Source: Octopus sinensis
Taxonomy: Eukaryota
Length of the DNA stretch: 64,000 nt
NCBI RefSeq assembly: GCF_006345805.1
Contig: NC_042997.1
Span: forward strand, 189,286,001 to 189,350,000
Direction: 5' to 3'
In this document: one piece after another, positions 36,557-49,157 of the stretch
How positions within the stretch are numbered: position 1 is the first letter of the stretch
Layout of the letters: each line of letters starts with the position of its first letter
The notes under the pieces: model-generated
Seen by the model: the letters and a program-made list of their open reading frames with translations, nothing else
What the model was told of the DNA's origin: nothing
Databases searched by the model: none
Position numbers and translations under genes: made by a program

Positions 36557-37257
36557 GATGTTGGACCTTCTTTACGACTCATCAGCATGTTAGAAATAAT
36601 ACACAAATCAGTCTCAAATCGCACGTTTTCTCATTAATAAAGGAAATGCAGTCCTAAAATAAAATAAAATAAAATAAAAACGGTGTTGGTCCAAACTGGA
36701 ACTGCTTATTCCATAGCCTTTGATAAAGGCTGTATTAAGGCTATAAGCTGTCTCTGTTACCTACTTCTTTTTTGTATGCTTATTTGATTAATTAACGATC
36801 TGCTCTTACACTGAACGAAGTAACTAACGACTACAGAAAGGAAAACACATACATACAAATTTTTGGGCACCATTGTGTGTATGTTTGTATGCGTGGCATG
36901 TACGTGTTGAACAAAATGAATTCTATATATAATTATATAGATCCAAGGATCGAGGTGTAGAAGGAGAGAGAGACAGAGATTGATAGATAGATAGAGAGAT
37001 AGAGAGATAGAGATAGATAGATAGATAGATAGATAGAGAGATAGATAGAGAGATAGAGAGAGAGAGAGACAGACAGACAGGGGGCGGGGAGAGATTCAAG
37101 CAATCCGCAGAAAATATTAAAAAACAACTTTCGGGAACAATAGTGGTTTATTGGTGCGGACGGTTGTGGATGTATGGTGATTACACTGTCGGTTCCCCAG
37201 TATGGTTACAGCATTAGGGCTGAAACGCAGCCCGGATTTTCTCTACTCCATTCTTTA

Positions 37258-37672
37258 ATATAATGATGTGGGATACAGAAGAGAAACTGTGCATAGTTGT
37301 GAAAATTAGCTTCCCAGCGGATGTTAACATAAAGCTGAAGATAAAGAGAACACCTATGCTGAACTATTGAGAAATCTGCAGTTACTTTATCCAGATTACA
37401 AGTTCAGGTTTATACCTGTAATTTTTAGGACCATAGGATATGTAACACACTGCCCTAATACCAAACTTGAGAAATTAGGGTTCTCAAAACCAGAAAGGAG
37501 ACAGTTAATTCGAAGACTACAGATCCAATCCATCACTGAAACTGCAAAAATCTGTAAAACTTTCCAGAAGTTTATCATTTTAAATATATATGAGCATGTC
37601 TAGATATGCAACTATATGTATGAGAATACATACACAAATCATACAAATCTGCACATACATACATACATACAT
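37258..37672 (+). mobile_element. RLE-type (R4/Dong-like) non-LTR retrotransposon 3' fragment with (TACA)n tail
   Basis: IMMWDTEEKLCIVVKISFPADVN...ENTYAELLRNLQLLYPDYKFRFIPVI...LEKLGF fits the (P)D...E..(P)D.N...K..KY restriction-like endonuclease end; one frameshift. Confidence 0.7.
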
Positions 37673-38265
37673 GATGGCTGCTCCCTCGTTATCGAGTGTG
37701 GCCATTGCACGAAGCTTAACTGTTATTGGTGCTGTGATCGAATGTGACTTTTAATTGCTTTTTAAGGCTACAGCCAGCCATTCAGTTGAGACTCACAGCT
37801 CCATCAACAATCATGAACAATGTTGTTATTGTGCAATGCCTGAGCAAGAAGATTTTTTTAAAGTGAGGAAGGGCTGTGCACTGAGTCAATCTCACTCATT
37901 AAGCAACAGCAGCCATAATCCGAAAAGAAGAACAAGTCAACATCATCGGTAACCACTGAGCCGCAGGTTTTATGTCGGAGTTATCCCAGTTACCTGAGTT
38001 ACCTTCTCCTAGAAGGATGCCCTAACAAAGGCTAGGAGTCCTTCACTCCCAATGGTTTAACCGCGCGATCGGGTATTCAGTCCGATTATTTCTATGTCCC
38101 CGCACATGATACAGCCTTAAGCCTTAAGAAAAAAAACACACATACATACATATATGCAAAAATACCCTATTGTTGATGTTGAAATTCCAATGAAGGAACA
38201 TTGGATGTAGGTTAGAAACCGGTTCTTTCTCTATTGGCTAGAAATCTTGAAATAAACTGATTAAT

Positions 38266-38316
<51 letters not shown>

Positions 38317-38340
38317 TATAATAATATATATATATATATA

Positions 38341-38474
38341 AGAAGGGTTTTTTTCTTTGTGTTAATTGTCCTGTACTCTATTTTTTGCTGTTTTTAAAAA
38401 ATGTCCAGTTCCTTTGGTTGTGTCTATGTTTTCGTTTCTCATTGTGTTCGACGTCCTTTTGGTGTCCTGTACTC
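38341..38474 (+). mobile_element. Family P2 copy, truncated inside the ribozyme core
   Basis: Starts AGAAGGG (the end of CUGANGA-A-GGG) right after (TA)n; the remainder is homologous to the reverse complement of 11248-11370. Confidence 0.55.
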
Positions 38475-38570
38475 ATATATGCGTGTATATGTACATGTAG
38501 AGGTAGGTACGTACATATATGTTTATATATATGCATATGTTTTATTTTATTTATTAATTTATATATATAT

Positions 38571-38618
<48 letters not shown>

Positions 38619-38696
38619 ATATATATATATATATATTATGTATGCATGTCTGTCTATTTATATAAGTATACGTATCTCTCTCTCTCTATATATATG

Positions 38697-38746
<50 letters not shown>

Positions 38747-39494
38747 GTCCGTTTCTATGGATTTACATACACTGTATATATATCTTTGCAAGCACGTGTG
38801 TACGTGTTTGTGCGCGTGTGTGTGTGTGAGAGAGAGAGAGTGTGTGTGTGTATGTTTGCACTGAGTTTTGAAAGCACTTTTTCCGTAAACTGTAAAGACA
38901 TCAAGCATGCACATACTTAGCCCAAAAGTGCAAAAGACAGGCAAGAATAAAGAGGAAGGAGAGAGAGGAAGGGGGTAGAAGAAAATTGGGAGGGTAAGAG
39001 TTGAAGGGAGATATAAAGAGGAGAAAGAGGAGAAAGAGATATATATATAGGAACGCGGGGAAGGAATGCATACGCTGGTTTCGGTCAATAAAGTTTATTT
39101 TGCACCTCACACGCTGTTAATGAAACTGAGACTTCACTGGAGAACAAGGAACCATAGTTTTTGAATTAGCGGACAATATAAGCAGTGTGACAGCATGCTA
39201 AGAACCTGGTCTGTCTGAACTGCACTCACGGCAGTATTTGTGTTGTATCATTTACGCGGTTAGACTCACACGCACACACACACGTGCACACACACACCAC
39301 ACACACGCACACGCACACGCGACACACATACATATATATGTAAACGCACTTAAGCACATACTCACGCACGCACTCAACATATGCATTGTTGATGGTCTTA
39401 GTTGTACGGAAACATTTAAAGTGCACACGAAAACTGTTTAAACTATCAGCCTAGCTAATTACCATGTATATACACACTGCTATATATAGAATTG

Positions 39495-39514
39495 ACATTC
39501 ACACGCACATACAT

Positions 39515-39560
<46 letters not shown>

Positions 39561-39564
39561 TATG

Positions 39565-39597
<33 letters not shown>

Positions 39598-39667
39598 ATA
39601 TATATTATATATAATATATATATATATATTATATATATATATACGTATATATGTATGTATACAGCAA

Positions 39668-39719
<52 letters not shown>

Positions 39720-39985
39720 ATATACATTTGTTTGTGTGTGTGTGTATATATATATATGTGTATATGTACATACACACACATATATACACAGGTATATACA
39801 TGTGTATATATGTATATATAGAACAAATGTATATATATATTGTATATATGTTTGTTTGTGTGTATATATACATATATAGAGGTATATACATGTATATATG
39901 TATGTAAATACACACATACATATGTGTATTTATACAATATACGTATATATATATATATGCATTTTTATATACATACATGTATATT

Positions 39986-40065
<80 letters not shown>

Positions 40066-40085
40066 TATATATGTATGCAGACAAG
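39495..40085. repeat. Large (TA)n/(TG)n low-complexity block
   Basis: Directly visible. Confidence 0.9.
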
Positions 40086-40614
40086 GACACATAGGCACAC
40101 ACACATGCATATATATATATTTACACACATATACGTACACAAACACATGTATAATACATATGTTAGCAAAGAGAGGCAATGTTATAAAGTTGTGTATTAT
40201 ACCATCGCATGCGTAAACACATCAGCATAATAGCGCATTCATTTTGTCTCTCGTAGATCTATACATGTGGGTGTGTCTGCATAAATACTCCTTGCACTTC
40301 AACCTTCTTAGTATTGTGGATTGTATCTATGTATGTCATCGCTTAAATAGAATTCTGCTGTTTGCCCCTGCGTATGAACGTGTGTGCATATGTTTGTACG
40401 ACGCTTTTACTAATGAATTCATGCCGCTTCTTGAAAGATTTTCTGGCAGCATTTAGCCAAGTATTCCATAGATTCATAAGCTTAATGTAGTCCCCAAACA
40501 TATCTAGTGTAACCATGTGTGTAGCATGCATTGCCATTTGAGTTGCAGTTACAGTTTGGTCCAGAATATTGGTCTTTGTGTGTGAATGAATTGGTGATAA
40601 GACATATATATATA

Positions 40615-40866
40615 TTGGGTTGTCCGGAAAATTTGTGCCGATTCATTGTAGCTTACCTTTCGACTTATTTTAGAACATGGTTGGTGAATTCTTTGCTATG
40701 AAAGCACCTCAATTTTGGGAAGAGGGTATTTTCAAGTTAAAGGAAAGATGGAAATGCATTGTACAACAAAATGGTTCATACTTGGTTGATTAAAAATGTA
40801 ATGGCAAGTATTTATTGACCTTTTTCTTTCCTTTAAAAATCGGCACGAACTTTCCGGACAACCCAA
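40615..40866 (+). mobile_element. Internally deleted mariner (Tc1/mariner) element
   Basis: TA-flanked TIRs TTGGGTTGTCCGGAAAATTTGTGCCGATT / AATCGGCACGAACTTTCCGGACAACCCAA; retains the transposase C-terminus FWEEGIFKLKERWKCIVQQNGSYLVD*. Confidence 0.9.
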
Positions 40867-41009
40867 TAGATATATACATATGTATGTATGTGTGTATGTC
40901 TTAGGGTTTCTCCCCAATCACCGCTTGACATCCGGTGTTGGTTAGTTTACGTTCCCATAACAAGTGATATCTAAAAAGGCTTGACAGTCCACCTCATGGT
41001 TTCGGCGGA

Positions 41010-41355
41010 CAAAATTGAAAAGGCGTTGTTCCGGTGTATGGCGAATGAGATGCTGGAACAGTCACTCTGAGTCACGGGGCTTGAACCTGCGGACAGTGAT
41101 GAGCAGGGATGTGGTCTGGGGGTCGAGAACGCCGGATGTTTCCCCTATCACAGGCTCGACCACAAAACTATCAAAGAGCGGCCGATACTTTGACAGTTAC
41201 CGGCCTGACGAAACGCGGATCCTGGGATGGTGGCTAAACTCACCAAGTTACCGCCCGCTTGGTCTAGCTCCACTGGCTCGAACTGGGAAGGAAGCCTGCG
41301 GCGTATAAACCATGCTTTATTATCTCATTGAGAGCAGCATAGCGTGGAAAGCGTG
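41010..41355 (-). pseudogene. CRE-like RLE non-LTR retrotransposon C-terminal relic
   Basis: The minus strand gives FPRYAALNEIIKHGLYAAGF / EPVELDQ / FVVEPVIGETSGVL / LFQHL..AIHRNNAFSI. These match the (H)xALNDIIxRxLxxAG-EP-ETxG-LFQRLSxAIxRGNAxSI pattern; frameshifted, with the catalytic PDG segment not recognisable. Confidence 0.6.
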
Positions 41356-41357
41356 GA

Positions 41358-41628
41358 GGAGCAATGGCCCAGTGGTTAGGGCAGCGGACTCGCGGTCGGA
41401 GGATCGCAGTTTCGATTCCCAGACCGGGCGTTGTGTGCGTTTATTGAGCGAAAACACCTAAATGCTCCACGAGTCTCCGGCAGGGGGTGGTGGCGACCTC
41501 TGTTGTATTCTTTCGCCACAACTTTCTCTTACTCTCTTCCTGTTTCTTGAGTAACGCTGCGATGGACTGGCGTCCTGTCTAGCTGGGGGGGGGGACACAC
41601 ACACATACGCCACAGAAACCGGGAAACC
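41358..41628 (+). mobile_element. SINE family D copy
   Basis: A and B boxes; colinear with the reverse complement of 2716-3022. Confidence 0.85.
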
Positions 41629-41689
41629 GTATGTATGTATCTATACATATATATAGATACCTATGTATGTATGCGTGTGTGTGTATATC

Positions 41690-41885
41690 TTGACATCCGG
41701 TGTTGGTTAGGTTACGTTCCCGTAATTTAGCGGTCCGGAACAAAGAGACCGATAGTACAAGTTCCAGGTTAAAAAATCAAAACAAGTACTGGGACCGATT
41801 TTTTTTCGATTAATTCCTTGAAGGCTGTGCCCCAGCATGGCCGCAGTCAAATGACTGAAAACAAGTAAAAGATAAACGATAAAAG
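41690..41885 (+). mobile_element. SINE family A, 3' half
   Basis: Ends CCCCAGCATGGCCGCAGTCAAATGACTGAAAAC. Confidence 0.75.
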
Positions 41886-42557
41886 ACCAACAATCACCAA
41901 TCAGACATCCAGTTCAATAATCCATTAAACAACCAAGCAATGAATCGATCACGCATTCATAAATAAATCGACTGACTAACCAACGTGCCAATCAATCAAC
42001 CAATCAAATAATGAAAGCAAAAATAAAAAAAACAAAACAAAGCAGTCACTCACTCACTCAATCTCTCACTCAATTAAACAATCAATCATTCATTCATTCA
42101 TAAATTTATTATGTATAAAATGCTACCGTCTCTAATCGTGGTCATTACATAGGGGCATATAACTAGCTCAGACAAGGCAGAGCTTAGCAACTAAGCAATG
42201 CTATTAGATCCTTCGAAGCATTTCATTATTACTCACTGACCACGTAATAAATACATACATTCTTACTAAAAGTGGGAGAAACAATGGCCCGTGTGCAACC
42301 CTGACAATACGGAGGCCATGTTGCTTTCTATCGACAAAAGCTGGAGTGTTCTTCAAGGGCATTGTAGATCAATAGAAAATCATTAACAGAATGTCATTAA
42401 TTGAACTACGGCAAATAATAATTATTACCCTATTAATATACATGTAAGGATATGCATATATACGATTGTATACGCTGAAATCAAAGGATATGCCTGAGTA
42501 TGTGTGTGTGTGTACGTGTGCGTGTGCGTGTATCTACGTATGCATGTATGTATGTAT

Positions 42558-42615
<58 letters not shown>

Positions 42616-42869
42616 TATATAAATTTATGCAGTTGTGGTTATCCAGTGTATGACTTCAATCTGCTACCGCCTTGCTCGACTCACGCATGTGCACTTGAAT
42701 CCCTCACTTTCATTCTCTCTCTATATACATACAAATATATACAAACATACATACAAACATACACGCATTTAAACATGCTTGCATATATGCATACACACAT
42801 TTATAGCACAAAGAGTGTATGTGTGTGTGTATTTACAATTATCTACGTATTGATTTCTCTATATATATG

Positions 42870-43950
42870 TTGGTTAAGTGGCTGGTCTCGCGGCCCCGAC
42901 TTCCGCAGGCGGATTGCTGCAATGTACAATGACATCTCGGTGATTAGGGAGCATGGTCACCTACTGGAAACCATTCAATATTAATGTGTTTGCTGTGTCA
43001 ATGTTGTCCTCGCTCGCCTTTTCTTGAGCAACTATTGCAGAAACCAGAGACGTTGATGGGTATCCCGTGAGAATTAGGATATAGAAGAATGATGTCGCCA
43101 TACGCTGACAAAAGAGCGGTTTTGTGTCGGACACTAACCACAAGGAAATGATCGGCACTTCTGCAAAGGACTATGGGGCGGAGGCAGGAACATGAATTTC
43201 CAAAAAGCCAGTGGGCCTGCAGTTCAGGACCTGGAGAGGCATATGCATGTCATCTGATAGCATCGGGGTGCACTGGTAGAACGAACAGGTTAAATTGCTC
43301 GGGGTTTGCTTTGGTCCAGACCTCTAAGTGGAGAACTTAGATGAGGTGCTGAGCAGGGTGGTCCGTCTCACCTAAAAAAACTGGCTGAGAGAAGACTATC
43401 CTTGAAAAATCGGGAATAGGTGACGAACGCTTACATCATCTCCATTATATATTATTGCCTGGCCGTTCTTCCTTACTCCAGTTCACGTCTTGACAGACTG
43501 GAGCGCCCGCTCTTCTGCTTTCTGTGGAGGAGACTCATTACATTTGTTTGGCACTCCACTTGAGGTCAACACCCGGTGAATAAGAGACTTGACATGCTGT
43601 GGCTGATGATACACAGACTACAGCTATAGCGTTTCCTTGACTGGTGATCGCTGTTTGTCAGACTCGTTTTTCCAGCTCCTCTCTTTGAAAGAGTTGCAGT
43701 CCTGGATCAAGCGCAGACAAAGGCAATACGCTTGAAATCTAAAGTGTCGTTAGGCGCTCGTATCCCTCTGCCAGCCAGACAATGCGATCAATGGAAGTTT
43801 CGTTTTGGTGATTTATAAAGGGTTAGTGGCAGGAAAGCGTGACAACGTTCTCCGTGAGAATATGGGGCGTCGGCGAGAATAGACCGCCGAAGAAAATCAA
43901 CTGATTGGTCTGCTTTCGGGCCGGGGCCCATGGCTAATTCTTTTGGTCAG
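42870..43950 (+). pseudogene. Old, degenerate Tx1-type ORF2 fragment
   Basis: Colinear by eye with 34380-35490 (e.g. CAGTGGGCCTGCAGTTCAGGACCTGGAGA, GCTCGGGGTTTGCTTTGGTCCAGACCTC, GTTGCAGTCCTGGATCAAG); many stops and indels. Confidence 0.8.
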
Positions 43951-44244
43951 ACTATCGTATCGTCAGTCGCTTCTGATGGCAAGATATGAAAATTGTCAAA
44001 GTGTAGTACAATGGTTTAGCATCTTTCAAAAGTGTAGTAAGTCCCATAAACGGTAGTTTTGAAAAAAATATTTCTGACTGAAAATATCATAGATGCATGG
44101 AGTTACGATTTTATACAGCAAACAAAGTAGTATTGCTAAGCTGAAACTGTTGCTAATGTAATAAGAAACGGAATGGTGAAACTATTTTTTCGCTTTCTGA
44201 AAAAGCAGCGTTTTGGACTTACGACACTTTTGCATAATAGCAAC

Positions 44245-44279
<35 letters not shown>

Positions 44280-44869
44280 CACACACACACACACATTAAG
44301 GGATGGGCATGACTGGAATGCTTATAGGACTCGCTTTCTTTTCCATTTTGTGAATCTAGTATCCAAATTCTTTTCTCCAGCTTTTGATCGCTCCTCCTCC
44401 AAAAATTTTGCCCGTTACCCATCAACATAAAATAACTGGGTACTTTGTAGCTCCAGCCCAACCAGGAGCAATTGTAATTCTCGGAGTTACAGTGTGCAAG
44501 CCAGCCTTGGTAAATATGCTTTAACCTTTATCGGTTGCTGCTCAAGTGTGAGTTCGGGAAAATTAAATCTAGGTGATTACATGCTGACAGGAAAAAAAGT
44601 TGTGGTATCAACGTTAAGTCAGGCTTCGATAGATTGGATTCCGGCAGCCATTTGCGATTAAGAGGAGATACCAGTCATCTTGGGTCTTCTTTGCCACTAA
44701 ATCTAGTCCCTTCACAACGAAGATAATGACGATAAGAATTATACACCTCAAGCGCCATTATAAATATCTATCGTGCAGATATTATTTCATGCAACGTAGA
44801 TCGCGGATATTGAACCGCTAAAATGTCTGATGGTAACTGAGGGTCTGATAACGGGAATACATTTTAATA

Positions 44870-46750
44870 AGCTGGAGGTTTTTAATTGGAACTATACACA
44901 ACACTGGTGCAGAGCAACAGTCGCTGTCAGCTGGGATTGAGTGGGAGCTATCCCCCTGAAGGCACCTGTGCGGCTGAGCAGGCCTATCAAAGAACTGTGC
45001 TGGTTACCTTAGTAGGAGATAGGCAAAAAAATGTGGCCTAAGCATCGTTTACAGACCTCTGATCCCGGATAAGAACACCGCCCCTGTCAGAACATTCCAC
45101 AGAGCAGTCGACCAAAGGTTAACCAAAATATACTGCTCAGTCTTGTTACATTCAGTATACTGATATAGTCTGATATTGGCATCTCGACTAGCTCATCCAA
45201 GCGGCAAGCGGCGGTTGTCATAGTAGTGAATTGAGGCGCTATGGTGTAGATATTGTTGTATTCAGTGAAATAAGACTATTTGGAGAAGATTCTCTTAATG
45301 AGATTGATGATTATACCTTCTGGAAAGACACTCCGAAGTGAAAATCACTAACAGACATGGAATCAGCTTTCGTTGTGAGAAGTAATCTGTTGTTTAAACT
45401 GATTAAGACTCTAGTTGGTATTAGTGTGAGGCCAATGTCACATGGTGTTTTTCTTGCAAGACATTTTAACCAATTAGGAATTGGATCTAACACTCATAGA
45501 ATATTCTGTGAAATACTACTCATCTGTCTATTGGCTAGCCACTGACTTTTGCTGACATTAATGCTGCGATAAAAATCCAGTAAGCAAGAAATTTTGATAG
45601 GAGATTATTCCAGCAAGGATGTCGAAAGAGGAGGGTTACTTCTGCACAAGAGCGTGAAACCACGAGTTTATGCTCCAACATAAAGGATTTAAACTCAATC
45701 ACCATTGACAATAGCAAGGGGGACAAATTTGTTTACTCCCGCAGTTGGTGTATAGCACTTCTGTCCAACGTTGAGAAGGTTCTGGGTTAAAAGATAAGGC
45801 TATGCTCAAAAGCCTGGTCCGACCATATCGACATCAGATCAGAGTCAGATCAGAGTCATACCATAGCTTCTGCAGAGTGAGGCACATTCACTATGATCTT
45901 TGTGACAAGGCAGTTTTAACGAATATGCAGTGAGCCACATAATGGATCTGTCAAATGCTTTACATACTGGGTCTGTCAAATGCTTTACATAACGGATCTG
46001 TCAAATGCTTTACATAATGGGTCTGGCAATGCTTTACTGTAAACAGAGAAGTTTGTAGGATGCTTGAAAGTTTGGTTGTCCGCACACATTCGCGAATTAC
46101 CTCTTGCATTTTCACATGGTTTGAGTTGTTTGAGGGCAGAAATCTTAATCCTTCAGTGTAAAAACGAAAGTTAAGAAAAGCTACAAGAAGACTCCTGTAC
46201 TGTTTAATACCTTCCTCATCTTTGTGACTACACTGTTGAAGGGAAGTGGGAACCATTATTAACATCCGAAGTGTCGGAAACCTTTTCAACATCAAAGACT
46301 ACTGACCAGCACCAAGCTCAGATCTGAACAAGTCACTCCACTAGTGTTTACTAATGACCGTGTCCTTGTAGTTCATATACCGGAAGCCTTAGAAGCCATC
46401 ATCTTTCGCAGCCATAACACTTTAAAAAAAATAATGGGCTTGACAATTAACGTCCAGAAAACTGAGGTCATTTGCCAACAGTATATTTCACCGCCCTCTT
46501 TCATCTCCTATTTCTCAGTACAGCATCAACAACTAACTTCATTCTCCCAAGTCAGATACCTAGGCGGCATAATTTTCAACAATCTGCTCACCGAACAAGG
46601 AGATAAGTCACCTCATAAAGGCACCTGCATCATGTGGAAGGCCCAGAAAGAGGGTCTTTCTAGACATCTGTCTCAGGGTTCTCGTGTACCGAGCAGTCTT
46701 TCTTTAACCAGTGCAGCAGACACATGAAGAATCTGGGGACCTTTAATATT
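44870..46750 (+). mobile_element. Degenerate RTE-clade LINE with internal deletions
   Basis: ~45225 SELRRYGVDIVVFSEIRLFGEDSLNE (APE endonuclease start, cf. RELxRYxIDIAALSETR) and ~46430 MGLTINVQKTEV...VRYLG (late RT). The 5' boundary is approximate. Confidence 0.7.
45937..46035. repeat. 25-bp minisatellite, four copies (ACATAATGGATCTGTCAAATGCTTT)
   Basis: Units start at 45937, 45962, 45987 and 46012. Confidence 0.9.
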
Positions 46751-46878
46751 AAGTATCTCTTAAATATCCTTCCAGTCCCCTAAAGAAATACGGCTACGCA
46801 CTTAGAAATCCTCCATCGAACCAATAACAGTAGTATTGAATCCAGACTAGATATCAAATGAGATGGCTTAATCTTTTA

Positions 46879-47392
46879 CTCTTTTACTTGTTTCAGTCAT
46901 TTGACTGCGGCCATGCTGGTGCACCGCCTTTAGTCGAACAAATCGACTCCAGGACTTATTATTTGGAAGCCTAGTACTTATTTTATCGGTTTCTTTTGCC
47001 GAACCGCTAAGTTACGGGGACGTAAACACACCAGCATCGGTTGTCAAGCGATGTTGGGGGATAAACACAGACACACAAACATATACACACACATACATAT
47101 ATATATATACATATATACGACAGGCTTCTTTCTTTGTTTACGGAAGACCAGTAGTCGTCCATGCATACCAAACTCCGCTCTCCACTCCACCGATGTTATC
47201 CAAGGGAAAGGCAAAGACCGATACAGCTTGGCACCGGTGATGGTCTCAATTCATTTCTACAGCTGAGTGGACTGGAGCAACGTGAAATAAAGCGCCTTGC
47301 TCAAGAACACAATGCAAAGCCCGGTTTGGGAATCGAACTCACTACGTCATGATTGTGAGTCCGACGCTCTAAACACTGAGCCATGCGCCTTC
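46879..47392 (-). mobile_element. Chimeric SINE: family C head/body joined to family A 3' half
   Basis: 47392-47138 is family C; it is joined at ...CTGGTCTTCCGTAAACAAAGAAAGAAGCCTGTCG to the family A 3' half on the same strand. Confidence 0.75.
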
Positions 47393-48045
47393 ACATATCG
47401 AATTCAATTGATAACCGATAAGCAAATAAACTCGATCAGGACTGATCTGGGGCTCAACATTAAAACAACAAAATATACAATTGCTCTTATCCATATACAG
47501 CTATTCTCTCTCTGCTTGTCTGTCTTTCTACCCCCCCCCCACCTCTCTCTCACACGCGAAATGTGCTATATGCTATAGTTCATAGCTGTTTGATTAATAA
47601 CAGACCGATGGAATAAATGTGTGTGTGTGAAAGAGAGAGAGAGAAGGGGGAGGGAGGAAGGGAGAGAGGGGGGAATGTAGACAGTGAGGGAGAGAGAGAG
47701 AGAGGTGTTTGATAAACACTGGGGTTCATGATTAAATCCTTAAAGCCGGTGCTCTCAGTATAATTACAGTCAAATTCCTCCAGTCAGTAAAAGAATGAAA
47801 GAATTAATTAAAAAAGAGTTCGATTTGAGAGAGATCTGACTTCTATTTCTAGCTGGTCAAACGATCGTTTAATGCCACCACGTTGACACGATTGTAAACT
47901 CGTTATAGACTTCTCCATGCATTGATAAATATGGATACAAATATAGAACATATTTGGATATATAGTTCTATATTTAAGAGATGAGGAATTATGTACATTA
48001 TTTACATTATTTACATTTGACAGATATTTGTCCTTATTTGTTGTT

Positions 48046-48087
48046 AACACGTTTCGGCTGATATACCCTCCAGCCTTCTTCAGGTGT
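48046..48087 (-). ncRNA. Minimal hammerhead motif, left arm (stem II intact, cleavage site disrupted)
   Basis: ACAC-CUGAAGA-A-GGCUG-gagggu auau-CAGCC-GAA-ACGU-GUU; two nucleotides are missing relative to the right arm. Confidence 0.55.
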
Positions 48088-48303
48088 CTTGGGGAAATTT
48101 CGAACCTGGGTTCTCATTCCTAAAGTAGTTTTGATGTTATTATGCCCACGGGCATATGGCGTAGTGGTTAAGAGCGCGGGCTACTAACCCCAAGATTCTG
48201 AGTTCGATTCCAAGCAGTGACCTGAACAATAACAACACTAATAATAATAATAGCATCGAAAAATACCTTAGGAATGAGAACCCAGGTTCGAAATTTCCCC
48301 AAG

Positions 48304-48347
48304 ACACCTGAAGAAGGTTGGAGGGTATATCACTCGAAACGTTGTGT
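48304..48347 (+). ncRNA. Minimal type I hammerhead motif, right arm
   Basis: ACAC-CUGAAGA-A-GGUUG-gagggu auau-CACUC-GAA-ACGU-U-GUGU. Stem I is ACAC/GUGU and stem III is the palindrome ACGU; stem II has one mismatch. Confidence 0.6.
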
Positions 48348-48869
48348 TAACAACAAACAAGATGAGGACAAATAGCCGTCGAATGTAAATAATGTAAATA
48401 ATGTGTATCTGGATATATTTATGTATGAATTCACCGATTGTTATCGTTCAATGAAATATTTTTGTGATTGCAAGAATGTAAAATAAGAGAAAAGTAATGA
48501 ATGGGGGAAGTTAAGTATATTCATATGGACATGACCGCGTGTAGGACTAGCGGAAGGTTTCAGCATTTCGGACAGTTACCTGTACGTAATAAGGATAGAA
48601 GGTTAAGGATCTTCTGGATGCAAACACACAAATGACGTAGTCTGGCCATTGTATTAGTTGAAAACAATATTGTAACAAAGAGAGATGTATAAAATGCTAA
48701 GAATACGCTTGTAGATCTAAAGTCGAAAACAAAATGTTTCCGTTCGGATATTTGTATAAATTTTAAAAATATATTTATCAATATTTTATATATATTTGCC
48801 AATATTTGTTCTTTTGATCATATCAATCTGTTATTTTTTTTTTGTGTTTTATTTTTGTTATTTTTTTTT

Positions 48870-48920
48870 CAGCCTCTGGACTACGGCCATTCTGGGGCGC
48901 CGCTTTGAAATGTTTAGTAA

Positions 48921-48951
<31 letters not shown>

Positions 48952-49116
48952 AGAAAAAAAAATCGACTTCAGTACTTATTTTAAGTCCGGTAATTATTTT
49001 ATCTGTGTCTTTTGCTGAACCGCTACGTTGAAGATGTAAACAAATCATCACCGGTTATCAAGTGGTGGTGGGGACAAACACAAACTGAAACACACAGACA
49101 TATATAATACACACAA

Positions 49117-49157
<41 letters not shown>

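Larger units (their letters stand above)
47966..48405 (+). mobile_element. tRNA-headed SINE with Penelope-like hammerhead tail, preceded by an inverted copy of its own 3' end
   Basis: A box TGGCGTAGTGG (48157-48167), B box GAGTTCGATTC (48200-48210), (TAA)n, then the tail at 48244-48405. The segment 47994-48142 is the reverse complement of that tail. Confidence 0.8.

Noticed and set aside
48580-48716. 137-nt AG/GT-bounded segment as FABP exon 2
   Set aside because: The frame required by exon 1 hits TAG within five codons; the one open frame has the wrong phase and no FABP features.
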